NCBI GenBank assembly: GCA_002269645.1 | Contig: NIVC01000230.1 | Location: 682,001 to 746,000 of the forward strand | Source: Macrostomum lignano | Taxonomy: Eukaryota | Direction: 5' to 3' | Length of the DNA stretch: 64,000 nt | Shown here: piece after piece, positions 13,321-25,415 of the stretch | Layout: each line of letters opens with the position of its first letter | How positions within the stretch are numbered: the first letter of the stretch is position 1 | Position numbers and translations under genes: made by a program | The notes under the pieces: generated by a model | The model's input: the letters and a program-made list of their open reading frames with translations, nothing else | Databases searched by the model: none | Told to the model about the DNA's origin: nothing

Positions 13321-15210
13321 TGTCTATGGCACAATAATAGTAACTTCCATGCTTCAAGGGCATTAATGGGAAAATCAGAGGGTGCCTAGGCGCCCAAAGA
13401 TTTCTCATTAATGCCCTTAAAGCATGGGTATTAATGTATTGATTCTAAATAAGTCAGCAGTACAAAAAGTATACCTACACACACTACTGTAAAAATATAG
13501 CTGCTGTAAAACTACAGCACAATACTATATATAGTAAGGCAACAAGAGATTGGCCCACACAAACTAAGAGTCGCCTGAAGTATTCTACACTGATCATTGT
13601 GACACATCTATTGGACAAACATTATCTCCATACATACTTCCGAAGAGTCAGAATCAATATTTGAAAATCAGCCTCCAATTTTTTTATGCAAATTGTGTGG
13701 ATGTACTGTTAATCTTTGTTTTGTAAAGAAAGGTGTTACTTATTCACTCAAATTCTGGATGCAATAATAACAAAAAACATGATGTAGCATCTTTATTTGA
13801 CGAATAATATCATGTTTAACTCTAGACCAACACACATTAACTATAGACCAACAAGTACTTTTAATTGGTGGTTTTTTTAAATTAGAAAAGACTGGAAGTT
13901 ACTTTTTTAAAAAGTACTGGTACTAGAGCAAGTGCCGGAAGTTACTTTCCTTGGAACTAGAAATTACCTAACCAGAAGTTATTTTTTCAGAGTAACTTGC
14001 CCAACACTGGAAAAAGTTATAGAAGTTTTTTCCTATTTCCCATACTTGTATGAAAAATAGACCTCACTAAGTAAAAATGCATTTTGTGATTGATCTTTTT
14101 AATCTGTTGTTAAATCAGACTGATAACTAATCTTTTGTTATAAATGAGATTACTACATTTTATTGCAGATTGTCACAATTAATATTTTTATGCCTCACTA
14201 TACATATATGGCACCTATGCTAGCTCATACAAATATAAAAAAGTGATTTTCTTAACCAAATCGAAGGTCTTTTAGTGTAGGCAAACTTTATACTTTATAG
14301 CATATTATTTTATAATAAGCTAGGCTCAAAACAAAAATATTCAAAACAATAGCCTATCAGTAGTCATTTATCTATATGTTTTGCATTTAAAAACCAAAGC
14401 AAACAATATATATACTGACCTGATACAGAAGTCAGGAACTGATTGTTGTTAATAATGAGTATGAATTCTTGTGATATATTTGTAGAAAAGCCAAAGTTAT
14501 TTAATGAGTTACAGAATAAGAGCAATAGCTTAAATAATTTAATACTAATGCACTATCTAAGTAAGTAAAGATAATAAGAATTGGTAGAGAAAGTGGCCAT
14601 GCAAGGCTGGTGCAATGATGCACATTGAACTGCACAGAGTACGCATTGATTTACTGAGTACAAACCAAACACAAGATGCAAACAGAGTGATTAAGCAAGT
14701 TAAGGAAACAAACCCCACATAGTTACCTAGCTCACAAACTAACCAACTGTCACTTCATATAAATTAGTATAAAAGTAATAATAGGCATTAACAATGCTAA
14801 TTTCAGATGTAGCCAAGAAAACAAGCAATAAAAATGAGAAAACTGTTCATGAATTAACAAAAACACAAATTTAAAATATGGTCTAAAATGGTATTTATGC
14901 ATTCTATTTCTTTTGCTTATTAAGTTAGCCAAATTGAATTTTGCTATCTATGATTGCAGTCATTTTAATACTAATGTCCTTTTAATACTACTATCACTTT
15001 AATATTTATGTCTTTTTGGCTTGTAATAGTATTGTCATTTTAATAACCCTAGCATTGTAATAGCCATTGTTTTAATAGTTAAGGGTAAGGGTTCAGGGTT
15101 AGGTTAGGGTTCAAGGTTAGGTTAGGGTATACACTACATGGTTGAATTTATTGTTAGTAGTGTGCTTTGCAGTTTACAAGCTTGAAATAATAAGCTGGAA
15201 CAGAGAAAAA

Positions 15211-16510
15211 ATGTCTGTCAGCCAATCACTAGCCAATCTAGAGCAGGCTGTTCAACTGCTACACAATGGCCAGTTAGAGCTGTGCACAAAGCTAGTTGAG
15301 CAGGCTAAAACTGCTCAGCCTGAGCTGCTAACGAGCAGCCGGGACTCCTCAGGCCGTGGCCTATTGCACTGGGCCTGCGTTAAAGGCGCTGAGCGTATTG
15401 TGGAACTGGCGCTGACTACTGGCAGTCCGGAGACTGTCGACTCGACAGACGATCAGGATTGGACGCCGCTGATGCTGGCCGCTTCGGCTGGTCACCTAGC
15501 CGTTGCTAGGCGGTTGCTAGGCGCCGGGGCCAATCCGGACGCTTCTAATGCTACTGGGCAGCGAGCTTTGCACTACGCGGCTTCAAAGAATCGACCGGAA
15601 TTCGCCCGGCTGCTGCTCGACGCCGGGGCCGACGCTGGGCCGCGGGATGCCACTTCCGGGGTGACGCCGTTGCATAGAAGCTGCGCGCAGGTATGTGATT
15701 CCACAGTTTTTCAATGAAGGTCAAGTGGAAAATTCCATAGTATTAAAATGAAGGTCAAGTGGAAAATTCCACAGTATTTCAATGAAGGTCAAGTGGAAAA
15801 TTCCATAGTATTTCAATGAAGGTCAAGTGGAAAATTCCACAGTATTTCTATGAAGGTCAAGTAGAAAATTCCACAGTATTTCAATGAAGATCAAGTGGAA
15901 AATTCCACAGTATTTCAATGACGGTCAAGTGGAAAATTCCACAGTATTTCAATGAAGATCAAGTGGAAAATTCCACAGTATTTCAATGAAGGTCAAGTGG
16001 AAAATTCCATAGTATTTCAATGAAGGTCAAGTGGAAAATTCCACAGTATTTCTATGAAGGTCAAGTGGAAAATTCCATAGTATATCAATGAAGGTCAAGT
16101 GGAAAATTCCATAGTATATCAATGAAGGTCAAGTGGAAAATTCCACAGTATTTCAATGAAGGTCAAGTGGAAAATTCCAAAGTATTTTTGTTAAGCTGGG
16201 ATGGAAAATTCCACAGAAAATCACAAGCTACTCAAATCAATCCATTTGACCATCCCGCACCCAGGGCCACACTGCGGTGACCAGCCTTCTTCTAAGCCGC
16301 GGAGCGCCTGTCAACGTCAGCGACTCTGTCGGCAACACGCCGCTGCACTTCGCCTGCGAAGAGGGCCGTCTAGAAGATGCCCGACTGCTGATTGAAGCCG
16401 GTGCCAATGTCAGCCACATCAACAAGGAGGAGAAGACGGCATTTGACTTGGCGCCAAGTCCTGCGGATAAGCGGCAGCTGGAGCTGTTTGCCCAGAATGT
16501 TAATCAGTGA
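15211..16510 (+). CDS. PSMD10: 26S proteasome assembly chaperone gankyrin (ankyrin repeats), 2 exons, ~241 aa
   Basis: Exons 15211-15690 and 16265-16510 (CAG|GTATGT donor, CCCAG| acceptor, phase 0). Motifs GRGLLHWAC, GWTP-like DQDWTPLMLAASAG, ALHYAASKNR, GNTPLHFACEE and NKEEKT match gankyrin. Confidence 0.92.
15700..16215. repeat. 34-bp minisatellite filling the PSMD10 intron
   Basis: AATGAAGGTCAAGTGGAAAATTCCACAGTATTTC units starting about 10 nt after the donor. Confidence 0.95.
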
Positions 16511-16721
16511 ATGATGCTTGCGCATTCCGAACTGTGTGTGTCTGCTGCACCGAGACTAAATTGCCGGGTTTTTTGCATTTTTATTAATTGATTTACCAGT
16601 AGCAAAATACATGATTGTGAAACTCGGGTTTGCGTTTTTGAATTCTAATACCAGCATTTATTCTGCGTCTTTTTAGTATTGTACCGATGTATGGATATAG
16701 TGTTAGTTGAGAGGCCAATCA

Positions 16722-17685
16722 AGGATCTTGATGGAGAGCGGAGAGGCAGGTTTAAGGATCTTCTTGATGGAGCGGAGAGGCAGGTTCAAGCATCTTGATG
16801 GAGAGCGGAGAGGCAGGTTCAAGCATCTTGATGGAGAGCGGAGAGGCAGGTTCAAGCATCTTGATGGAGCGGAGAGGCAGGTTTAAGGATCTTCTTGATG
16901 GAGCGGAGAGGCAGGTTCAAGCATCTTGATGGAGAGCAGAGAGGCAGGTTCAAGCATCTTGATGGAGAGCGGAGAGGCAGGTTCAAAGTATCTTGATGGA
17001 GAGCGGAGAGGCAGGTTCAAAGTATCTTGATGGAGAGCGGAGAGGCAGGTTCAAAGCATCTTGATGAAGAGCGGAGAGGCAGGTTCAAAGTATCTTGATG
17101 GAGAGCGGAGAGGCAGGTTCAAGCATCTTGATGGAGAGCAGAGAGGCAGGTTCAAGCATCTTGATGGAGAGCGGAGAGGCAGGTTCAAGCATCTTGATGG
17201 AGCGGAGAGGCAGGTTCAAAGTATCTTGATGGAGAGCGGAGAGGCAGGTTCAAAGTATCTTGATGGAGAGCGGAGAGGCAGGTTCAAAGCATCTTGATGA
17301 AGAGCGGAGAGGCAGGTTCAAAGTATCTTGATGGAGAGCGGAGAGGCAGGTTCAAAGTATCTTGATGGAGAGCAGAGAGGCAGGTTCAAGCATCTTGATG
17401 GAGAGCAGAGAGGCAGGTTCAAGCATCTTGATGGAGAGCGGAGAGGCAGGTTCAAGCATCTTGATGGAGAGCAGAGAGGCAGGTTCAAGCATCTTGATGG
17501 AGAGCAGAGAGGCAGGTTCAAAGCATCTTGATGGAGAGCGGAGAGGCAGGTTCAAGCATCTTGATGGAGAGCGGAGAGGCAGGTTCAAGAATCTTGATGA
17601 AGCGGAGAGGCAGGTTCAAGAATCTTGATGAAGCGGAGAGGCAGGTTCAAGAATCTTGATGGAGCGGAGAGGCAGGTGCAAAGCA
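16722..17685. repeat. 31-34-bp minisatellite between PSMD10 and PHF10
   Basis: GATGGAGAGCGGAGAGGCAGGTTCAAGCATCTT units. Confidence 0.95.
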
Positions 17686-17789
17686 ATCATTTCATCAGTG
17701 TTACTTATCATTTATACAGACCTTACACATAATGTTTCAGTTATTAATAAGCAGCTGTACATTCCCGGTCAAATCATACAGCTATAGCT

Positions 17790-20700
17790 ATGTCAAATGC
17801 AGACGCGAGCGAATCTTTATCAACTGCGGATGGCGGAATCCACGCCAATGCTGACGTTGTTTTCTCCTTGCCAGATGAAGCTGAGGATGAGCTCACGTTA
17901 GCTGAGGAACCCGCTGCGAGCGCCAGTCTGTCTGAGAAACCTGCTGGTAAGAAAATCTTTGTTTTTCTTTCTGTTGACTCATCTGTTGACTCCAGGTAGA
18001 TTCAGGTAGATTGTCAGCGTAGATTCGGGTAGATTGTCAGTGTAGATTCAGGTAGATTGTCAGCGTAAATTTAGGTAGATTGTCAGTGTAGATTAGAGTA
18101 GATTGTCAGCGTAGATTCAGGTAGATTGTCAGTGTAGATTCATGTAGATTGTCAGCGTAAATTTAGGTAGATTGTCAGTGTAGATTAGAGTACATTGTCA
18201 GCGTAGATTCAGGTAGATTGTCAGCGTATATTCGAGAAGATTGTCAGCGTAGATTCAGGTAGATTGTCAGTATAGATTCAGGTAGATTGTCAGTATAGAT
18301 TTAGGTAGATTGTCAGTATAGATTCTGGTAGATTAAAAGATTAGTTATTCATATTTATTAATTCTTCCAGAAAGCAGAAACTCAACTTCATCTGCCGCTC
18401 CAACTCAGCAAGAACAGCAGCCGCCGCCTCCGGCACCTCCCGCACATCTGGCTTCAACTTCAGAAATCCAGACTGCCGCAGCTGATTCTGATGAAAGTGC
18501 CAACAAAAATAAAGACTCAATTGTTGAGCACAGCGCAACAACTGCATCCAATCAGACCGCAGAATTGGCCAATTCCATTGAGCAGCAGCTGCCTAGCGTG
18601 GTTTCTAAGGATTCCGCCCCCGACTCTAGCAGTACTGAGCCTGCTGCAGCAGCGGTGAGTATTTTCTCATCTAGCCACAATTCACTGCTTAGTACGATTT
18701 TCCTGGCATGCTGCATGTGTTGGATTAGATGATCTCTTATTAAGACGCATCCGGCACTTGTCAGAAGGGTTTGCTTGACCAGCCCCCCAACATTCTAGGA
18801 AGCGTTTTTCGGCCAGCCTCCCAGATCCTCAGTTGCTATGGAGCCAGCCTCCCAGCTCCTCAGTTGCTATGCAGACAGCCTCCCACATCCTCAGTTGCTA
18901 TGCAGCCATGCAGCCTCCCAGCTCCTCAGTTGCTATGCAGCCAGCCTCCCAGATCCTCAGTTGCTATGCAGCCAGCCTCCCAGCTCTTCAGTTGCTATGC
19001 CGTCAGCCTCCCAGCTCTTCAGTTGCTATGCAGAAAGCCTCCCAGCTCCTCAGTTGCTATGCAGAAAGCCTCCCAGCTCTTCAGTTGCTATGCAGCCATG
19101 CAGCCTCCCAGATCCTCAGTTGCTATGCAGCCATGCAGCCTCCCAGATCCTCAGTTGCTATGCAGTCAGCCTCCCACATCCTCAGTTGCTATGCAGACAG
19201 CCTCCCACATCCTCAGTTGCTATGCAGTCAGCCTCCCAGATCCTCAGTTGCTATGCAGTCAGCCTCCCAGATCCTCAGTTGCTATGCAGTCAGCCTCCCA
19301 GATCCTCAGTTGCTATGCAGTCAGCCTCCCAGATCCTCAGTTGCTATGCAGTCAGCCTCCCAGATCCTCAGTTGCTATGCAGACAGCCTCCCACATCCTC
19401 AGTTGCTATGCAGCCAGCCTCCCAGATCCTCACCATCAGCGGCAAGTCGAATCCCATGTTATCTCATTCCCTCCCAAACGAATCGCCACGCAGTCTCAGC
19501 CGCCGCCTACAAAGCGTCAACGCCAGCAACAATCGTCGCGTCAATCCTCCCTAGCAACCGTTGCTAACGACGCGTCAAATTCGGCCGCTCCCCCAGTTCC
19601 TCCGGCGCCCAACTCGCTGCTGCCGCCTCCGCCGCCGCAGCTGTCCGCTAGGCAGCGCGCTCATCAGCGCGCTGTAAAAAGCGCCTCGGCATTTAATCGG
19701 CGCTTCTTAGCCAACCGGCCCTCAGGCGCCGTGTGCACCCAGACTCTGCAGCTGCTGCTGCCAGTCACACAGCCGCAGGCGCCTCCACGGCAGGATAAAA
19801 GCGAACGATCAGCTTATCCTGTAGCCATTTTGCCTGGCCAGTTCGCTGACTGCTGCCAGCACGCCGATAGCATCACTGCTGGCAGCGAGCGGTTGAACTA
19901 TCTGCCTCTGACTAGTTGTTTATACGCGTTGCCTAGGCGACCACCATTGCCGCCTGTTCGATTGGATAATGCCGTGAAGTGTACGGTGTGCCAGAGTGAC
20001 TGCTCCGCTTGGCAGGTGAAAATTTTAATCTTTTTTTCCGCGTTCGGCATTTTATAAGTATGCTTTTAGATTTATGGGGTTATTACCGATCAACGGGATT
20101 TGTAGCTCCGTTTAGGGGTCGGCATCTCATCTCCCATCTCATCTAATCTCATCTCATCCCTCTCCTCTTTCCCTCATCTCCCCTCACATCTCCCCTCTCC
20201 TCTCCCCCTCCTCTCACATCTCCCCTCTCTCCTCTTCCCCTCATCTCCCCTCTCCTCTCCCCTCGTCTCTCCTCTCTTCTTTCATCTCTCATCTCTTCCC
20301 TCTCCCTTCGTCTCCCCTCTTCTCTTATCTCTCCTCTCCTCTCTCCTCTCCTCTCTCCCCCTCCTCTCACATCTCCCCTCTCCTCTTCCCCTCATCTCCC
20401 CTCTCCTCTCCCCTCGTCTCTCCTCTCTTCTTTCATCTCTCATCTCTTCCCTCTCCCTTCGTCTCCCCTCTTCTCTTATCTCTCTCCTCTCCTCTCTCCT
20501 CTCCTCTCTCCCCCTCCTCTCACATCTCCCCTCTCCTCTTCCCCTCATCTCTCCTCTCTTCTTTCATCTCTCATCTCTTCTCTCTCCCCTCGTCTCCGCT
20601 CTTCCTCATCTCCCCTGTCCTCCCTCATCTCCCCCTCTCCTCCCTCATCTCCCCTCTCTCCCCTCGTCTCCCCTCTCTCCTCTCTCCCCTCGTCTGCCCT

Positions 20701-21344
20701 CTCTCATCTGCCCTCTGCTCTCATATCTCATATGTCGTCTTGTCTCTCTTTTCTCTAGCCCGCAGTCATGAGCTAGATTCTAAATCTGACCCTTGATTTT
20801 TTAAAAAAGTTTGCCGACCTCTGATTCAGAATCTCTAAGATCCCATAAGAATCGTCCCAGCCTTTTCGCATTAGAGTCCGCCCCAACCCCGCAGGTCATT
20901 GAGTGCAGCGAGTGCCGCAGCCGAGGCCACGCGGCCTGCCTTCAGCTGCCGGACAACATGCTGACAGCGGCCAGGGCCTACGCCTGGCAGTGCATGGACT
21001 GCAAGCGCTGCCAGGAGTGCCTCGACCCCGGCAACGAGGAGCGCATGATGTTCTGCGACGCCTGCGACAGGGGCTTTCACACTTTCTGCCTCGGGCTGCA
21101 GGACATTCCGCAGGGTCACTGGGAGTGCCCCGTCTGCGTTGGCCCTTCGGCTGGCGTAAAATCCGCCGCTCCTGCCGCACCTGCCGACTCCGCGAGCAAC
21201 ACTTTGTCGACGAATCCGACGACCGCGGCGGCGGCGTCTACGACGGCTGCGACGACGACGAAGACAAAAAAACCGCGAGGCGGCGGCAAAAGAAAGTCGG
21301 CGGCTGCTGCCGCTGCTGCTCTGGAGCTGCCTGCTGCTAGCTGA
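17790..21344 (+). CDS. PHF10: PHF10/BAF45A/SAYP-like PBAF subunit with C-terminal double PHD finger, ~488 aa
   Basis: Model exons 17790-17946, 18371-18654, ~19440-20015, 20895-21344 keep frame. Motifs RAVKSASAFN, YPVAILPGQF, LNYLPL and tandem PHD CTVC...CSEC...H..C / WQCMDCKRC...MMFCDACDRGFHTFCLGL match PHF10. The start of exon 3 is uncertain. Confidence 0.8.
17993..18335. repeat. 23-bp minisatellite in PHF10 intron 1
   Basis: GTAGATTCAGGTAGATTGTCAGC units. Confidence 0.93.
18812..19432. repeat. 31-bp minisatellite, probably in PHF10 intron 2
   Basis: CAGCCTCCCAGATCCTCAGTTGCTATGCAGT units; stop-free in all three + frames. Confidence 0.93.
20125..20720. repeat. Polypyrimidine (CT-rich) low-complexity tract in PHF10 intron 3
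   Basis: About 600 bp almost entirely C/T, with an internal block duplication. Confidence 0.92.
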
Positions 21345-21345
21345 G

Positions 21346-22372
<1,027 letters not shown>

Positions 22373-22893
22373 TATTTAGCTTTATTAAATTTTCAAGCAT
22401 TTCTTTATTATTCCACATTTGAATGGTTTCCAGCAGTTGGACGATGCTAGTTCACAAATTGATGTAATATGACGACTATAAAGCTGTATGCAAGTCTCGA
22501 GAAACGCGCAGAACTTTGCTTTATGTAATAATCAATTTTTACAAACTGTATTGTTGTGTCACTGGGCAAAGTCCTTGTGAAAATAAGTTCGCTGTTTTTT
22601 TATTAATTTTCTGTTCAATTATGGTTATAATACTTTCTTGTTGGCATTCATCTCAAAAATGTATAGCAATACATTACTGTGTGTTAAAAGTTTTAATTGT
22701 TACACTGTTCAATTGAAAAGTTCTTGTCATTTTGTCTAGCAATTATCTTTAACAGTTAAATAGGTTTAATTTAATCTCTCGCAAACCATGTTCTGATATG
22801 CTGTATCAATTTTAAAAAGCGATTTTAATTGAATCATAAAAGAAAGCTTTTGCTCTTTTGTTTGTTTATTCACAATTCTTTGACTTATTAGAA

Positions 22894-23148
22894 TCTCACT
22901 GAGAGCACAGGTGTAGAGTCCTGCAGAGTCTCACTCAGAGCACAGGTGTAGAGTCCTGCAGAGTCTCACTCAGAGCACAGGTGTAGAGTCCTGCAGAGTC
23001 TCACTCAGAGCACAGGTGTAGAGTCCTGCAGAGTCTCACTCAGAGCACAAGTGTAGAGTCCTACAGAGTCTCACTCAGAGCACAAGTGTAGAGTCCTGCA
23101 GAGTCTCACTCAGAGCACAGGTGTAGAGTCCTGCAGAGTCTCACTCAG
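22894..23148. repeat. 35-bp minisatellite upstream of TOMM22
   Basis: TCTCACTCAGAGCACAGGTGTAGAGTCCTGCAGAG units. Confidence 0.95.
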
Positions 23149-23229
23149 GCAACAGATTAGCAGTCAATCAGTCAATTATTAGTTCTCAACAACGGAATAC
23201 CTGCATTGCATGCTCCGGAATCTGCAGTC

Positions 23230-23670
23230 ATGTCAGGCCTGGCACCTTTCGATGGCGACCGACCGCCGCCACCAGCGTACCCTCTGGTAGGCGGCAGCGG
23301 CGCGATGTCTTCAGAGCCTCAGCAACAGCAGCAGAAACCCATCGAAGATGTCCTTGATGACGAGGACGAACTTGAAGACGAGACAGTTGCCGAGAGAATT
23401 CTGGCCCTGGCCGAAATGTTCCCAAAACCGGTGCGCAGTGCGGCCAGCGGGCTGGTGTCCGGCAGCTTCCAGCTGACTTTGTGGAGCTTTCGACAGGCCA
23501 GCAATCTAGCCTGGGTGGCCACCACCACCGGCCTCATCGCGCTGCTGCCGCTAATCATCGAACGCGAACGGGTCGGAGTTGAAGAGGCCGAGCTGGAGAA
23601 TGAACGGAAAATGATGCTGGGACCGGCCAGTGCGTCCGCTGCGGGGCAGCCGGCTTTTGCTCACGCTTAG
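23230..23670 (+). CDS. TOMM22: Mitochondrial import receptor Tom22, intronless, 146 aa
   Basis: Acidic cytosolic segment EDVLDDEDELEDETVAERILALAEMFPKPVRSAA, TM segment LAWVATTTGLIALLPLII, and ERERVGVEE tail. Confidence 0.93.
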   Translation: MSGLAPFDGDRPPPPAYPLVGGSGAMSSEPQQQQQKPIEDVLDDEDELEDETVAERILALAEMFPKPVRSAASGLVSGSFQLTLWSFRQASNLAWVATTTGLIALLPLIIERERVGVEEAELENERKMMLGPASASAAGQPAFAHA

Positions 23671-24233
23671 GATGGGGCGGAAGACTCGAGTGTGTTAGGG
23701 GAGTGGGGGCGGAAGACTCGAGTGTGTTAGGGGAGAGGGGGCGGAAGACTCGAGTGTGTTAGGGGAGTGGGGGCGGAAGACTCGAGTGTGTTAGGGGAGT
23801 GGGGGCGGAAGACTCGAGTGTGTTAGGGGAGAGGGGGCGGAAGACTCGAGTGTGTTAGGGGAGAGGGGGCGGAAGACTCGATTGTGTTAGGGGAGAGGGG
23901 GCGGAAGACTCGAGTGTGTTAGGGGAGTGGGGGCGGAAGACTCGAGTGTGTTAGGGGAGAGGGGGCGGAAGACTCGATTGTGTTAGGGGAGAGGGGGCGG
24001 AAGACTCGAGTGTGTTAGGGGAGTGGGGGCGGAAGACTCGAGTGTGTTAGGGGAGTGGGGGCGGAAGACTCGAGTGTGTTAGGGGAGTGGGGGCGGAAGA
24101 CTCGAGTGTGTTAGGGGAGTGGGGGCGGAAGACTCGAGTGTGTTAGGGGAGTGGGGGCGGAAGACTCGAGTGTGTTAGGGGAGTGGGGGCGGAAGACTCG
24201 AGTGTGTTAGGGGAGTGCGGAAGACTCGAGTGT
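23671..24233. repeat. 32-bp G-rich minisatellite starting at the TOMM22 stop codon
   Basis: GGGGGCGGAAGACTCGAGTGTGTTAGGGGAGT units. Confidence 0.96.
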
Positions 24234-24614
24234 AACTATTTGAGAAAAATGCCGAAGTCTTGAAGTCTTAAGGCAGTTTAAGGAGTAGCTTAAATTTGCT
24301 TTAGTATGATAAAATAGTTAAAATTATGTTTATCCTGTTAGCAACGTTACCAACTTGCTGATTGCTTGATTTTAGTAAAGCAAAAATGCTTGCTAATCTA
24401 TCTATTTTCATACAGATCCCCTTGTATGTCCCTGTTTAGCTTGTGGCTTTCTTACCAATAATAATGATAATAATATCAACAGCACTAATGTGACCTGTTT
24501 AGTCAAGCAGTTTCATTCTATCATTTGCTTGGTACATTTGAAAAATTGCATACTGCTTTTGAACAGATTTTTATTTAAATGTGTAGCAGTTCATTGTGTA
24601 AATAGTCTGATAGG

Positions 24615-25090
24615 AGAATCTAGATGATAGGAGTCTAGATAGGAAATCTAGATAAGGGAATTTAGATAGGAGAATTTAGATTAAGGAATCTAAATAAGGG
24701 AATCTACTTAAAGGAATCTAGTTAAGAGGAATCTAGATAAGGGGAATCTAGATTAGGGGAATCTATATTAGGGGAATCTATATTAGGGGAATCTATATTA
24801 GGGGAATCTATATTAGGGGAATCTAGATAAGGGGAATCTATATTAGGGGAATCTATATTAGGGGAATCTAGATAAGGGGAATCTATATTAGGGGAATCTA
24901 GATAAGGGGAATCTATATTAGGGGAATCTAGATAAGGGGAATCTATATTAGGGGAATCTAGATAAGGGGAATCTATATTAGGGGAATCAAGATAAGGGGA
25001 ATCTATATTAGGGGAATCTAGATAAGGGGAATGTACGAGTATTAAGGGAATCTAGATAAGGGGATGTAGATAAGGGAATCTATATAGGAA
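24615..25090. repeat. 15-bp minisatellite (GATAAGGGGAATCTA / TATTAGGGGAATCTA)
   Basis: Alternating variant units. Confidence 0.93.
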
Positions 25091-25415
25091 AAAGCTTATA
25101 GCGAGGCTTGCAAATATTTTAGATACAGAACTGATAAAGTTTGATAAATTGAAAACTGTTAAAATTAGCTCGTGTTTTCTATTCTGCTGCATCCTACTCA
25201 GTCAAATCAGTAGCTAATCCGCATAATAATTTCTTTCTTAAATAATTTTTTCAGTCATTTGCAGTGCGAGACGAGGTGGTTAGCAGTTTGATAGCAGCGG
25301 CAGCGGTTGTGTTGTAACAATTGAATCGTTGAATCATTTCAATTCATTGAGACTACGACTTGAAAATAGTTGCGTAGAACTCGCGAAGCAGAAATTTTGG
25401 AAACAATAAAAAAGC

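Larger units (their letters stand above)
7737..14009. mobile_element. hAT-type non-autonomous DNA transposon (outermost element of a nested stack)
   Basis: 13-bp TIR CAGTGTTGGGCAA / TTGCCCAACACTG. 8-bp TSD GAAAAAGT at 7729-7736 and 14010-14017. Subterminal GAAGTTACTTT repeats at both ends. No intact transposase ORF. Confidence 0.9.

Noticed and set aside
12780-13700. Possible decayed BED-finger/hAT transposase remnants on the - strand
   Set aside because: Only short, stop-riddled resemblances; cannot be supported by eye.
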